From Eledone cirrhosa (lineage: Eukaryota): a stretch of 64,000 nucleotides of DNA. A model generated the notes under the pieces. It worked only from the letters and a program-made list of their open reading frames with translations, was not told where the DNA came from and did not search any database. The DNA is taken from positions 22,320,001 through 22,384,000 of the forward strand of contig OZ024765.1 in assembly GCA_964016885.1 (NCBI GenBank), given 5' to 3'. A program made the translations under genes and the position numbers. Positions 41,027 through 53,350 of this stretch are shown one piece after another; position 1 is the stretch's first letter, and each line of letters opens with the position of its first letter.

Positions 41027-42959
41027 AAAATGTTTATAGTATCTTTACTGGTAGACAGATTGTTGTGAATATTTACAGTATTACAGTAAAGACTTTAATA
41101 TTTAATGTGATGTAGTCATAGTGTTGTTTTGAACTAAATGTTTATAGTATCTTTACTGGTAGACAGATTGTTGTGAATATTTACAGTATTACAGTAAAGA
41201 CTTTAATATTTAATGTGATGTAGAGATAGTGTTGTTTTGTACTAAATGTTTATAGTATCTTTACTGGTGGACAGATTGTTGTGAATATTTACAGTATTAC
41301 AGTAAAGACTTTAATATTTAATGTGATGTAGTCATAATGTTGTTTTGTACTAAATGTTTATAGTATCTTTACTGGTGGACAGATTGTTGTGAAAATTTAC
41401 AGTATTACAGTAAAGACTTTAATATTTAATGTGATGTAGTCATAATGTTGTTTTGTACTAAATGTTTATAGTATCTTTACTGGTGGACAGATTGTTGTGA
41501 ATATTTACAGTATTACAGTAAAGACTTTAATATTTAATGTGATGTAGCCATAGTGTTGTTTTGTACTAAATGTTTATAGTATCTTTACTGTTAGACAGAT
41601 TGTTGTGAATATTTACAGTATTACAGTAAAGACTTTAATATTTAATGTGATGTAGTCATAGTGTTGTTTTGAACTAAATGTTTATAGTATCTTTACTAGT
41701 AGACAGATTGTTGTGAAAATTTACAGTATTACAGTAAAGACTTTAATATTTAATGTGATGTAGTCATAGTGTTGTTTTGTACTAAATGTTTATAGTATCT
41801 TTACTGTTAGACTGATTGTTGTGAATATTTACAGTATTCCAGTAAAGACTTTAATATTTAATGTGATGTAGTCATAGTGTTGTTTTGAACTAAATGTTTA
41901 TAGTATCTTTACTAGTAGACAGATTGTTGTGAAAATTTACAGTATTACAGTAAAGACTTTAATATTTAATGTGATGTAGTCATAGTGTTGTTTTGTACTA
42001 AATGTTTATAGTATCTTTACTGTTAGACAGATTGTTGTGAATATTTACAGTATTACAGTAAAGACTTTAATATTTAATGTGATGTAGTCATAGTGTTGTT
42101 TTGAACTAAATGTTTATAGTATCTTTACTGCTGGACAGATTGTTGTGAAAATTTACAGTATTAGAGTAAAGACTTTAATATTTAATGTAATGTAGTCATA
42201 GTGTTGTTTTGTACTAAATGTTTATAGTATCTTTACTGTTAGACAGATTGTTGTGAATATTTACAGTATTACAGTAAAGACTTTAATATTTAATGTGATG
42301 TAGTCATAGTGTTGTTTTGAACTAAATGTTTATAGTATCTTTACTGCTGGACAGATTGTTGTGAAAATTTACAGTATTAGAGTAAAGACTTTAATATTTA
42401 ATGTAATGTAGTCATAGTGTTGTTTTGTACTAAATGTTTATAGTATCTTTACTGGTAGACAGATTATTGTGAGTATTTACAGTATTACAGTAAAGACTTT
42501 AATATTTAATGTGATGTAGTCATAGTGTTGTTTTGTACTAAATGTTTATAGTATCTTTACTGGTGGACAGATTGTTGTGAATATTTACAGTATTACAGTA
42601 AAGACTTTAATATTTAATGTGATGTAGTCATAGTGTTGTTTTGTACTAAATGTTTATAGTATCTTTACTGTTAGACAGATTGTTGTGAATATTTACAGTA
42701 TTACAGTAAAGACTTTAATATTTAATGTGATGTAGTCATAGTGTTGTTTTGAACTAAATGTTTATAGTATCTTTACTGGTGGACAGATTGTTGTGAAAAT
42801 TTACAGTATTAGAGTAAAGACTTTAATATTTAATGTGATGTAGTCATAGTGTTGTTTTGTACTAAATGTTTATAGTATCTTTACTGGTAGACAGATTGTT
42901 GTGAATATTTACAGTATTACAGTAAAGACTTTAATATTTAATGTGATGTAGTCATAGTG
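41027..42959. repeat. 108-bp AT-rich satellite, about 18 copies, starting about 55 bp after exon 5
   Basis: Period of 108 (tgtttatagt at 41031 and 41139). Confidence 0.97.
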
Positions 42960-43012
42960 GTAGTCATGATGATGATGAAGTAGTAGTAGTAGTAGTAGTA
43001 GTAATAGTAGTG

Positions 43013-43063
<51 letters not shown>

Positions 43064-43240
43064 ATCTATATAAATACTTTTACAGTTATTTTCAATTCAA
43101 TATTTTTCTCTTCTTTCCACCTCTCGCTCTCCTCTCTCTCACTATAATCATCTCTCCTAATTTGCCTCACTTTCTCTCTCTTTCCCCCTACCCCTAACCC
43201 CTCTCTTCCACCGCACCCACCGTGCGTCACATGACACCAG

Positions 43241-43324
43241 TCTGCCATGGGTTACATCTACGGTGAAACAGACAGAGACAACCATTTGTTGCGAGATCAC
43301 GTCAAAGGCAAATTGAAGAGTCAG
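43241..43324 (+). CDS. PTGS-like: COX-like exon 6 (SAMGYIYGETDRDNHLLRDHVKGKLKSQ)
   Basis: caccag| acceptor and |gtaagt donor. 84 nt, aligns without gaps to [28 protein letters not shown]. Phase 0-0. Confidence 0.92.
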
Positions 43325-43349
43325 GTAAGTGTTTGTGTGTATGGGAGGG

Positions 43350-43988
43350 GGAGGGGGGTGGGGTGTTCCGAGGCCATAGTATCTAGAATAAGGATGGGCT
43401 GGAAGAAGTTTAGGGAGATGCTCCCTCTGTTGACAAAGAAGGGTTTCTCCCTGCGTACGAAAGGCCGGTTATATGATGCCTGTGTGAGATGCACGATGCT
43501 GCATGGTAGTGAGACATGGGCAGCAACTGCAGAAGATATGCGACGACTGGAGAGAAATGAGGCAAGTATGCTCCGTTGGATGTGCAATGCCAATGTGCAT
43601 GAACGACCAAGCAAGGACGAGTTGAGAAAGAAACTGGGTATAAGAGGGATAAGTTGTGGTGTGCAGGAGAGAAGGCTGAGATGGTATGGACATGTGATGA
43701 GTTGAGAGAGAAACTGTGTATAAGAGGGATAGATTGTAGTGTGTGAGAGAGGAGACTGCATTGTGATGTGCATGGAGGATGACCAATGGGTAAAGAAGGG
43801 CCACGAAATTCCAGTAGAAGGAAGACACAGTAGAGGAAGACCACGAAAAACATGGGCGGAGGTGGTGAGAGCAGACCTCAGATCGCTGAAGCTCACCAAG
43901 GAAGGACCGATGAAGGACCGATGCTGAATAGGACCCATCCCACCCTTGCAAGCTGGAAAAAGCGGACATAAAATGATGATGATGATGA
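43350..43988 (+). mobile_element. RTE LINE 3' fragment, about 25 bp downstream of the exon 6 donor
   Basis: GCSEAIVSRIRMGWKKFREMLPLL...GRLYDACVRCTMLHGSETW...RLRWYGHV and a (GAT)n tail. Confidence 0.9.
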
Positions 43989-44008
43989 TATATATATATA
44001 TTTGTAGG

Positions 44009-44854
44009 AAAATGGGAAAACTTAACATCAGGAAGCTGTTAAAACAGCAAAATGGGAAAACTTAACATCAGGAAGCTGTTAAAACAGCAAAATGGGAAAA
44101 CTTAACATCAGGAAGCTGTTAAAACAGCAAAATGGGAAAACTTAACATCAGGAAGCTGTTAAAACAGCAAAATGGGAAAACTTAACATCAGGAAGCTGTT
44201 AAAACAGCAAAATGGGAAAACTTAACATCAGGAAGCTGTTAAAACAGCAAAATGGGAAAACTTAACATCAGGAAGCTGTTAAAACAGCAAAATGGGAAAA
44301 CTTAACATCAGGAAGCTGTTAAAACAGCAAAATGGGAAAACTTAACATCAGGAAGCTGTTAAAACAGCAAAATGGGAAAACTTAACATCAGGAAGCTGTT
44401 AAAACAGCAAAATGGGAAAACTTAACATCAGGAAGCTGTTAAAACAGCAAAATGGGAAAACTTAACATCAGGAAGCTGTTAAAACAGCAAAATGGGAAAA
44501 CTTAACATCAGGAAGCTGTTAAAACAGCAAAATGGGAAAACTTAACATCAGGAAGCTGTTAAAACAGCAAAATGGGAAAACTTAACATCAGGAAGCTGTT
44601 AAAACAGCAAAATGGGAAAACTTAACATCAGGAAGCTGTTAAAACAGCAAAATGGGAAAACTTAACATCAGGAAGCTGTTAAAACAGCAAAATGGGAAAA
44701 CTTAACATCAGGAAGCTGTTAAAACAGCAAAATGGGAAAACTTAACATCAGGAAGCTGTTAAAACAGCAAAATGGGAAAACTTAACATCAGGAAGCTGTT
44801 AAAACAGCAAAATGGGAAAACTTAACATCAGGAAGCTGTTAAAACAGCAAAATG
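44009..44854. repeat. Perfect 40-bp minisatellite (aaatgggaaaacttaacatcaggaagctgttaaaacagca), about 21 copies
   Basis: No variant copies seen. Confidence 0.98.
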
Positions 44855-45350
44855 CCATTGAAGCGGCGTTGGGTAAAATATTACCTCAAAGGATAGAAAT
44901 CAGCAGCTAGGGGTGTGTTGGCTTGAAGAAGTGATAGGAAGGAAGGAGAAAAGGTATGGACATGTGATGCGAATGAAGTGCCAAGAAATTCCAGTGGAAG
45001 GAAGACACAGTAGAGGAAGACCACGAAAAACATGGGCACGAAAGACGTGTGTGTGTATATAATATATATATATATATAATATATATATAATATATATATA
45101 ATATATATATAATATATATATAATATATATATAATATATATGTGTGTGAGTTTTTAAATATATATATATAGATAACAAAGAGGGTATGGACCACAACCCA
45201 CCAGAGTACTCAATATTTAGGGTAGTAGAGTGGGTAATAGGAAAAGAGTCAGGCCCCCGACGGCTGAGCTCCAACAGTTTCTCCACAGCTAGATCCAAAC
45301 TAGCTGTTGAAACAGCCGGAGCTCAGCCGTCGGGGTCCTGACACTTTTCG

Positions 45351-45413
<63 letters not shown>

Positions 45414-45716
45414 GAGTGAGACACAGTCACCCGACCAATGTTGCCTCAAGTGGGACAAACCTGTCCAACCCATGCTTGCATGGAAGATGGCCGTTAAACG
45501 ATGATGATAATGATGATGATGATGATGTGTGAGTGTCAGATAATTTCAGTAATGAAAAGACCAATGGAACCATTGCTTCCTTCTGCCTGATGATTTCTAA
45601 AGAATGAAACAGTTCTAGTCCTGTAGAATCTCACCTATATTAAAACTTTTATACTCTGCTATGTATTGAGTACCTTACTTACTGTGGTTACCTCCGATTC
45701 AATCCGGAATATCTTA

Positions 45717-45760
<44 letters not shown>

Positions 45761-45761
<1 letters not shown>

Positions 45762-46091
45762 TCCCATGGGTACAAGCTGAAGCATATAGACAATATGCCC
45801 CCACACCCTCCCACTGCAAGGTGGTCGTGGAGGTGCCACGGCAAAGGGGCACCCGGCCCACACTGTGAAGTGGACGTGTGGGCGCCACGGAAGAGGCACC
45901 CAGCACTCACTGTAAATGAGGTTGGTGTTAGGAAAGGGCATCCAGCTGTAGAAATCAAGCCAGAATCAGTTCCTGTATGAGCAAGGCATGGTCAGCCGAC
46001 CAGACACTGCCCACAACAGGACAACCCGTCTAACCCATGCTAGCGTGGAAGAACGGACGTAAAACGGTGATGATGATGATGATGATGATGA
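45761..46091 (+). mobile_element. RTE LINE 3' UTR fragment ending about 30 bp before exon 7
   Basis: Matches 51975-52302, with a (GAT)n tail. Confidence 0.85.
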
Positions 46092-46120
46092 TATTACCTT
46101 TCATTTTTATACTTTCCCAG

Positions 46121-46367
46121 ATAATTAATGGTAAGGAGTGGCCCCCCTTCATATTTGACACTCCAGTTGGTATGCAGTACCCACCACATGTGCCTGACAC
46201 AGCCCAGTTTGCTCTGGGTCACGAGTTCTACAGTCTACACAGTGGTCATCTGATGTGGTCAACTTTGTGGCTCCGACAACATAACTTGTTCTGTGATATC
46301 CTCTCTGTAGAACATCAAAACTGGTCGGACGAACAACTACACCAAGCTGCCAGGACTGCTGTTCTAG
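46121..46367 (+). CDS. PTGS-like: COX-like exon 7 (IINGKEWPPF...FALGHEFYSLHSGHLMWSTLWLRQHNLFCDIL...WSDEQLHQAARTAVL)
   Basis: tttcccag| acceptor and |gtaaga donor, 247 nt. WLRQHN..CDIL..EH..WSDEQL is the peroxidase-cyclooxygenase motif. Phase 0-1. Confidence 0.95.
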
Positions 46368-46377
46368 GTAAGAAACT

Positions 46378-46426
<49 letters not shown>

Positions 46427-46535
46427 GATAAATCTACCAAAATATATGTCCTAGAAACGATCGTTAAATAATGAACTTTTTTTGTTTAATATAAGGAACT
46501 GTTTCATTGTTTTATTCATTATTTTTTTAATATTT

Positions 46536-46571
<36 letters not shown>

Positions 46572-46981
46572 CACACATATATATATATATATATATATGG
46601 TGGCTGCCAACTCGTTTTCGAGTACGGCCACTACTTTATATCCATGTAGGAGAACCCCTACCGATGCGCTGAACGAGTGTGACTTTTTAGTCCAACCAGC
46701 GACTTGAAAACTCTGGTACAAACACTACACTTGTGACAATTATTGACACATAGTGCTGGGCCCATGGTACCATGTGACGACAAGTGCAGAGAGATCTCCA
46801 GATATAAAGCAATGCCTGTGCTGTGAAGCTTTTATAGTGAGCAAAGGCACTGCACAAAGCCAGTCCCACTCTCTTAACCAAGATGATATTTACCAAAAAG
46901 AAGAACAAGTCAACATCATTGGATACCATCAGGGTTGCAGGTGTTATATCAGAGTTTTCCTTCTCCTAGAATTCTGCCTTG

Positions 46982-47018
<37 letters not shown>

Positions 47019-47083
47019 TATATACACATATATACATATATATATATATACACATATATAGATATATATGTATATATATACAC

Positions 47084-47190
<107 letters not shown>

Positions 47191-47265
47191 TCCATATATA
47201 TGTATATATATACACATATATACATATATATATACACATATATATATATATATTAATATATGCAC

Positions 47266-47308
<43 letters not shown>

Positions 47309-47333
47309 TACATATATATGTATATATATACAC

Positions 47334-47374
<41 letters not shown>

Positions 47375-47423
47375 TATATACATATATATATATACGCATA
47401 TATACATATATATATATATACAC

Positions 47424-47472
<49 letters not shown>

Positions 47473-47475
47473 TAC

Positions 47476-47513
<38 letters not shown>

Positions 47514-47903
47514 AATAATGGAGCTGCGGCGTTGCAAATGGGATACATATGAAAAAGTAAGTCCTTCATCAGTGACCCTCCAACCGTCGTAGGCATTTCA
47601 TCGCATTAAGGGCCATATACCTCAGGTTGGTGCGAACAACGGCTAAAAAAAGTCGTTGGGACACGTAAATAAAGGGGACGCTGGGTGAACAAACAAAATG
47701 GTTTAAGCAACAGAAAGTGAGAAGAAAGAGACAAGTCCCAGATTTCTATGAATATAAACTCGGTGAAATCGTGAAAGAGAGAATAAAGACCATCAAACCT
47801 GGTTGAAATGTGAGCAAGGAAGGAATTTCGCACAGGTCTAACGGGGGGAAGAAGAAGGGGTCTGGTCTGCGAATTCGGTAAACATAAGTTCTGTGAAGTC
47901 GCA

Positions 47904-47956
<53 letters not shown>

Positions 47957-48370
47957 ATTCATACCGGCTTGGCCAAGAGTGCGCGAGAAAAGAATTTGGA
48001 CAGGTCAAACGGGAAGAAAGAGGAGGAGGAGAGGTAGTGACAGAGAATGAGTGAGTGAAAGTTGAGGAAGAGGCTAACAGAGAGAGAGAGACTGCTAGAA
48101 AGGGTAAAGATACAAAGAACGAAACAGACTGGTGGCAGCAGAGGAAAAAATATATGTGTAAATATGATAATAATGGAGCTGTGGCGTATACATACATACA
48201 TATAAACACATATACATAAATAGTAATAATAATAAATGTGAAGACTAAAATTCAAAGACAGCTCGATAGTTTCAGAAGATCCCGTTAAGGGTGAAAGCAG
48301 CGATTCTTTGCTTAAATTTTAATCTGTTATTTTAATAAATATATATATACATATATATATACATATTTTT

Positions 48371-48721
48371 ATATAAATGGAAAAGAATGAAACGAAATTT
48401 CATTTCTCACTCTTAGTACGGCTGTTACTTAAATATAAGTATGTATACATACATACATATATGTATACAGACGTACAGTAGTATGTATATATATATATGC
48501 ACACATATATATATGTACGTATCGATTTACCGAACAAACCGAACATTATAATAAATGTTCGGTAAACCTATACGTACATATATATGTGTGTGCATGTATA
48601 TATATATATATACATCCTACTGTACATCTGTATATATGTATGTACGTATACATACGTATATTTAAGTAACAGCCGTACTAAGAGTGAGAAATTTCATTTC
48701 ATTTCATTTTTTTCCATTTAT
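48371..48721. repeat. Imperfect palindrome of about 350 bp (MITE or foldback-like)
   Basis: ctcactcttagtacggctgttacttaaata versus tatttaagtaacagccgtactaagagtgag, centred near 48550. Confidence 0.8.
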
Positions 48722-49219
48722 CGTTTTCGGTGCGCCCGGCTGATTAACTCACACGATATGCAAATTAGGCTGCTCAGCCGTTGATATGCATAAGGAAAGT
48801 ATATACTTTCAGATGTTCAATCATCTTGCAGGAAGGTATACGGTGCTGACGATAGCTAATAAACTTGAAACTAGTACATCGTTCCTTTGTCAGTGTTGAA
48901 CAAAAGGGCAAACACTGTACGGCTTAATTCGGGATGTTTCTTTACAAACAAACCGAGCCTTATAATAAATGCTCGGTAAATCCATACATACATATATATA
49001 TATGTGTGCATGTTTGTATATATATACATACTACTGTGCGTCTGTACACATATATGTATGTACGTATACATACTTATAAATGTATATATACATATATACA
49101 TTATAAACAACATAAGATAATTGTTTATTACATAAATAAAAAGCTCTGTAGCCTTCATATATACATATACATATATTTTTTTTGTATATACATATATATA
49201 TATATATATGTATATATAA

Positions 49220-49250
<31 letters not shown>

Positions 49251-49410
49251 CAGTATTTACGTATCGAGAGAGAAAAAAAGGGGAGGATAGGTGATACATA
49301 TAGTTATTTGCCAAGTAGCGTATGCCAAAGGTGATCGATACTAGTGCCGGCAGTATTAAATATTCGAGGTGTTAATATTTAGTGGGCTAGAGAGTTAGCA
49401 GAGCGTAAGC

Positions 49411-49765
49411 ACGTGGGAAAGTAAGAAATCGGAGAATAGACCGTTAAAACATGTTTATTTAAAAAAGCACCTACGTACGTTTAACCCAGTTGGGCTTCTC
49501 AAGGGCATAAATAATCCAAAGTGTTCCTTACATTGCTCGGAAAGAGTTTTTGGGGTTAAGAGCTGCTGCAAAATCAAAACAAGCTATTTTTGCGAGCAAT
49601 GAACCTTGATGTGAATTTAACCCCCAAAACTCTTTCCGAGCAATGAAAGGAACACTCTTGATTATTTATGCCCTTGAGAAGCCCAACTGGGTGAAACATA
49701 TGTAGGTGCTGTTTTAAATAAACATGTTTTAACGGTCTATTCTCCTATTTCTTACTTTCCCACGT
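49411..49765. repeat. Palindrome of about 355 bp with a U3-A8 variant hammerhead motif (49671-49709 +; damaged inverse at about 49467-49505)
   Basis: ccc-TTGAGAA-gccca-ac-tgggt-GAAA-C-ATAT-G-TA-gg followed by AATAAA. Confidence 0.7.
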
Positions 49766-49946
49766 ATATATATATATGTATATACATACATATCATCATC
49801 ATCATCGTTTAACGTCCATCTTCCACGCTTACATGGGTATATATATATATATAAAAATATATATATATATAAATATATATATAAAATATATAATATATAT
49901 AATATATAATATATATATATATGTATATACATACATATGTATATAC

Positions 49947-49997
<51 letters not shown>

Positions 49998-50040
49998 ATA
50001 TATATATATATATGTATATATATAATATATATAATATATA

Positions 50041-50071
<31 letters not shown>

Positions 50072-50645
50072 AAATATTAAAAAAAGACGGCATATATATG
50101 TTTTATCTTTCACCGAAAGTGATATTTCATTGCATCTCTTCTTTCCATGATATCCGGATTACATTGAGTTCTTCATACGGATTGGACACTACCATAAACT
50201 CTTGGTAGATTTATCTACATATATATATATATATGTATATATAAAATATATATAATATATAATTGTTTCTACTTTTTGGCACAAGGCCAGCAATTATCCA
50301 GTGCATTACTGGTACTTTATTTTATCGACCCCGTAAGGATGAAAGGCAAAGTTAACCTCGGCGGGATTTGAACTCAGAATGGCAAAGACCGTAACTCTAT
50401 GCGTCAAAGCATGGCGTCCGACCCTCTACCGATACTGCCAATCCATCGCCCTATATAATATATAATATATATATATATATATATGTATATGTATGTATAT
50501 ATATACATATATAGACGAGATGCATACCATAAACTCTTGGTAGATTTATCTACATATATATATATATATATATATAAAATATATATAATATATAATATAT
50601 ATATATATATATATGTATATGTATGTATATATATACATATATATA

Positions 50646-52302
50646 GACGAGATGCAATTTGGGTTTGTTCCAGGGAAAGGCACCACTGATGCGCTCTTCC
50701 TTGTGAGGCAATTACAGGAAAAGTACCTAGCTAAAAGTAAGCCACTCTACTTGGCATTTGTCGACCTTGAGAAAGCCTTTGACAGAGTTCCACGTGCAGT
50801 AATCTGGTGGGCTCTTAGAAAACTAGGAGTAGATGAATGGCTTGTGAAAGCGGTACAAGCCATGTATAGGGGAGCAGTCAGCAAAGTTAGGATTGGCAAT
50901 GAGTATAGCGAGGAATTTAGCGTACAGGTTGGGGTCCACCAGGGCTCTGTTCTTAGCCCTCTCCTGTTCATCATAGTCCTGCAGGCAATAACGGAGGAGT
51001 TTAAGACCGGATGCCCATGGGAACTCCTGTATGCTGATGACCTCGCACTCATAGCTGAATCTATGGTAGAACTAGAGAATAAATTCCAAACCTGGAAGCA
51101 GGGACTAGAGAGAAAGGGCCTCAAAGTCAACATGACAAAGACTAAGGTCCTTATAAGTAGACGAGAAAACAGAACCCAGATCCCCTCAGGGAAATGGCCT
51201 TGCTCAGTATGTAGGAAAGGTGTAGGTAGGAACTCCATTCTTTGCCCCAAATGCAAACAATGGGTACACAAGAGATGTAGCGGGATCTCAGGAAGCTTAA
51301 TTAAGAATGTAGGATTCACATGCAGCAGCTGTGCTGAAACAGCAAGCAAACAGCCACAGGAAACAAGTACCACCAATCTCTGGGAGGGCCCTGTAGAAAC
51401 AGTAGACAGCTTCTGCTACCTAGGTGACCGAATTAGCAACGGAGGTGGGTGCTCAGAAAGTACAATAACTAGGGTAAGAACGGGATGGAAGAAGTTTAGG
51501 GAACTACTACCACTGCTAGCTGCAAAAGGCTTCTCCCTCAGAATGAAAGGCAGACTGTATGATGCGTGTATCCGAACAGCGATGTTGCATGGTAGTGAGA
51601 CCTGGGCGCTGAAGGTGGAAGACCTACGTAGATTAGAGAGAAACGAAGCCTGCATGCTCCGATGGATGTGTAACAGTAATATACGTGAACGACAAAGCAT
51701 AAATGAATTGAGAGAGAGACTGAGCATAAGAGGAATCAAATGCTGCGTGCAGGAGAGGCGGTTACGCTGGTATGGACATGTGATGCGTATGAAGGATGAC
51801 AGCTGCATAAAAAGGTGCAGAGCACTAGAAGTTGATGGAAACCGCGGAGTGGGGAGACCCAAGATGACTTGGGATGAGGTGATAAAAGCCGACCTTACCC
51901 AACTACACCTCTCAAAGTCAATGACACACGACCGTGACTTCTGGCGTCACGCAGTAATACAGGGTACCCGACCTCCCATGGGTACATGCTGAAGCATATA
52001 AACAATATGCCCCCCCCCCCCCCCCCCCCACCGCAAGGTGGTCGTGGAGGTGCCACGGCAAAAAAGCACCCAGCCCACACTGTAAAGTGGACGTGTAGGC
52101 GCCACGAAAAAGCACCCAGCACTCACTGTAAATGAGGTTGGTGTTAGGAAGGGCATCCAGCTGTAGAAATCAAGCCAGATCAGTTCCTGTATGAGCAAGG
52201 CATGGTCAGCCGACCAGACACTGCCCACAACAGGACAACCCGTCTAACCCATGCTAGCGTGGAAGAACGGACGTAAAACGGTGATGATGATGATGATGAT
52301 GA
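50646..52302 (+). mobile_element. 5'-truncated RTE LINE with uninterrupted RT-PHD C-terminal ORF
   Basis: [18 protein letters not shown]...LYADD...WPCSVCRKGVGRNSILCPKCKQWVHKRC...RLRWYGHV, with 3' UTR and (GAT)n tail. Confidence 0.93.
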
Positions 52303-52388
52303 TATATAGAAGTAGATTAAGCTGATGATCCGAATAACATGAAACAATTGTTCTTGGTATGGTGAACTAACTGTTGTGAAACTATTTC

Positions 52389-52437
<49 letters not shown>

Positions 52438-52579
52438 TATGTATATATATATATATATATCATATGTATATATATATATATATATATCATATGTATATAT
52501 ATATATATATCATATGTATACACACACACATATATATATATAATACATATATGTATATATATAATACATATATATATAT

Positions 52580-52620
<41 letters not shown>

Positions 52621-52657
52621 GCATATATATATATACACACACATGTATATATATATA

Positions 52658-52715
<58 letters not shown>

Positions 52716-52728
52716 CATATATATATAT

Positions 52729-52774
<46 letters not shown>

Positions 52775-52832
52775 CATATATATATATATAATACATATAT
52801 ATATATGTATTATATAATACATATATATATAT

Positions 52833-52886
<54 letters not shown>

Positions 52887-53008
52887 ATGCATATATATAT
52901 ATATATATAATACATATATATATATATATACACACACATGCATATATATATATACACAGACATGTATGTATATATATATATATATACACTATATATATCA
53001 TTGAACAG

Positions 53009-53295
53009 CCATGAACATGAAGATAATTGTGGAGGAGTATATATTCCATATGTCTGGTTATTACTCCAAGAATATCTACACTCCGGAGGTTGTCTTCCAA
53101 GATGGCGCCCAATGCAAAGATTTCATGTTGGAGGAGTTCAAGCTGCTGCTACATTGGCACCAGATGTTACCGGACCAGATTGCATTCAACGGAACCGTCT
53201 ACGACATGAAGTATTTCCTCTTCAATTTTAAATTCCTCACCGACGTCGGGATTGGTCCCTTTGTCGACGCCCTCGTCAGACAGTCGGCAGGCAGG
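53009..53295 (+). CDS. PTGS-like: COX-like exon 8 ([18 protein letters not shown]...[15 protein letters not shown]...RQSAGR), proximal His388 present and Tyr385 replaced by Leu
   Basis: gaacag| acceptor and |gtaggt donor, 287 nt. Ungapped alignment to GETIKIVIEDYVQHLSGY...EFNTLYHWHPLLPD...RQIAGR. Phase 1-0. Confidence 0.95.
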
Positions 53296-53350
53296 GTAGG
53301 TCGTACAGCCCCCTTCACCCCTGTGTCTTACTATTATTATCTGTATCCAA

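Noticed and set aside
43247-43705. COX-RT fusion protein suggested by the 152-aa ORF
   Set aside because: Exon 6 ends at a canonical CAG|GTAAGT donor (43324). Read-through into the RTE fragment is a chance in-frame juxtaposition.
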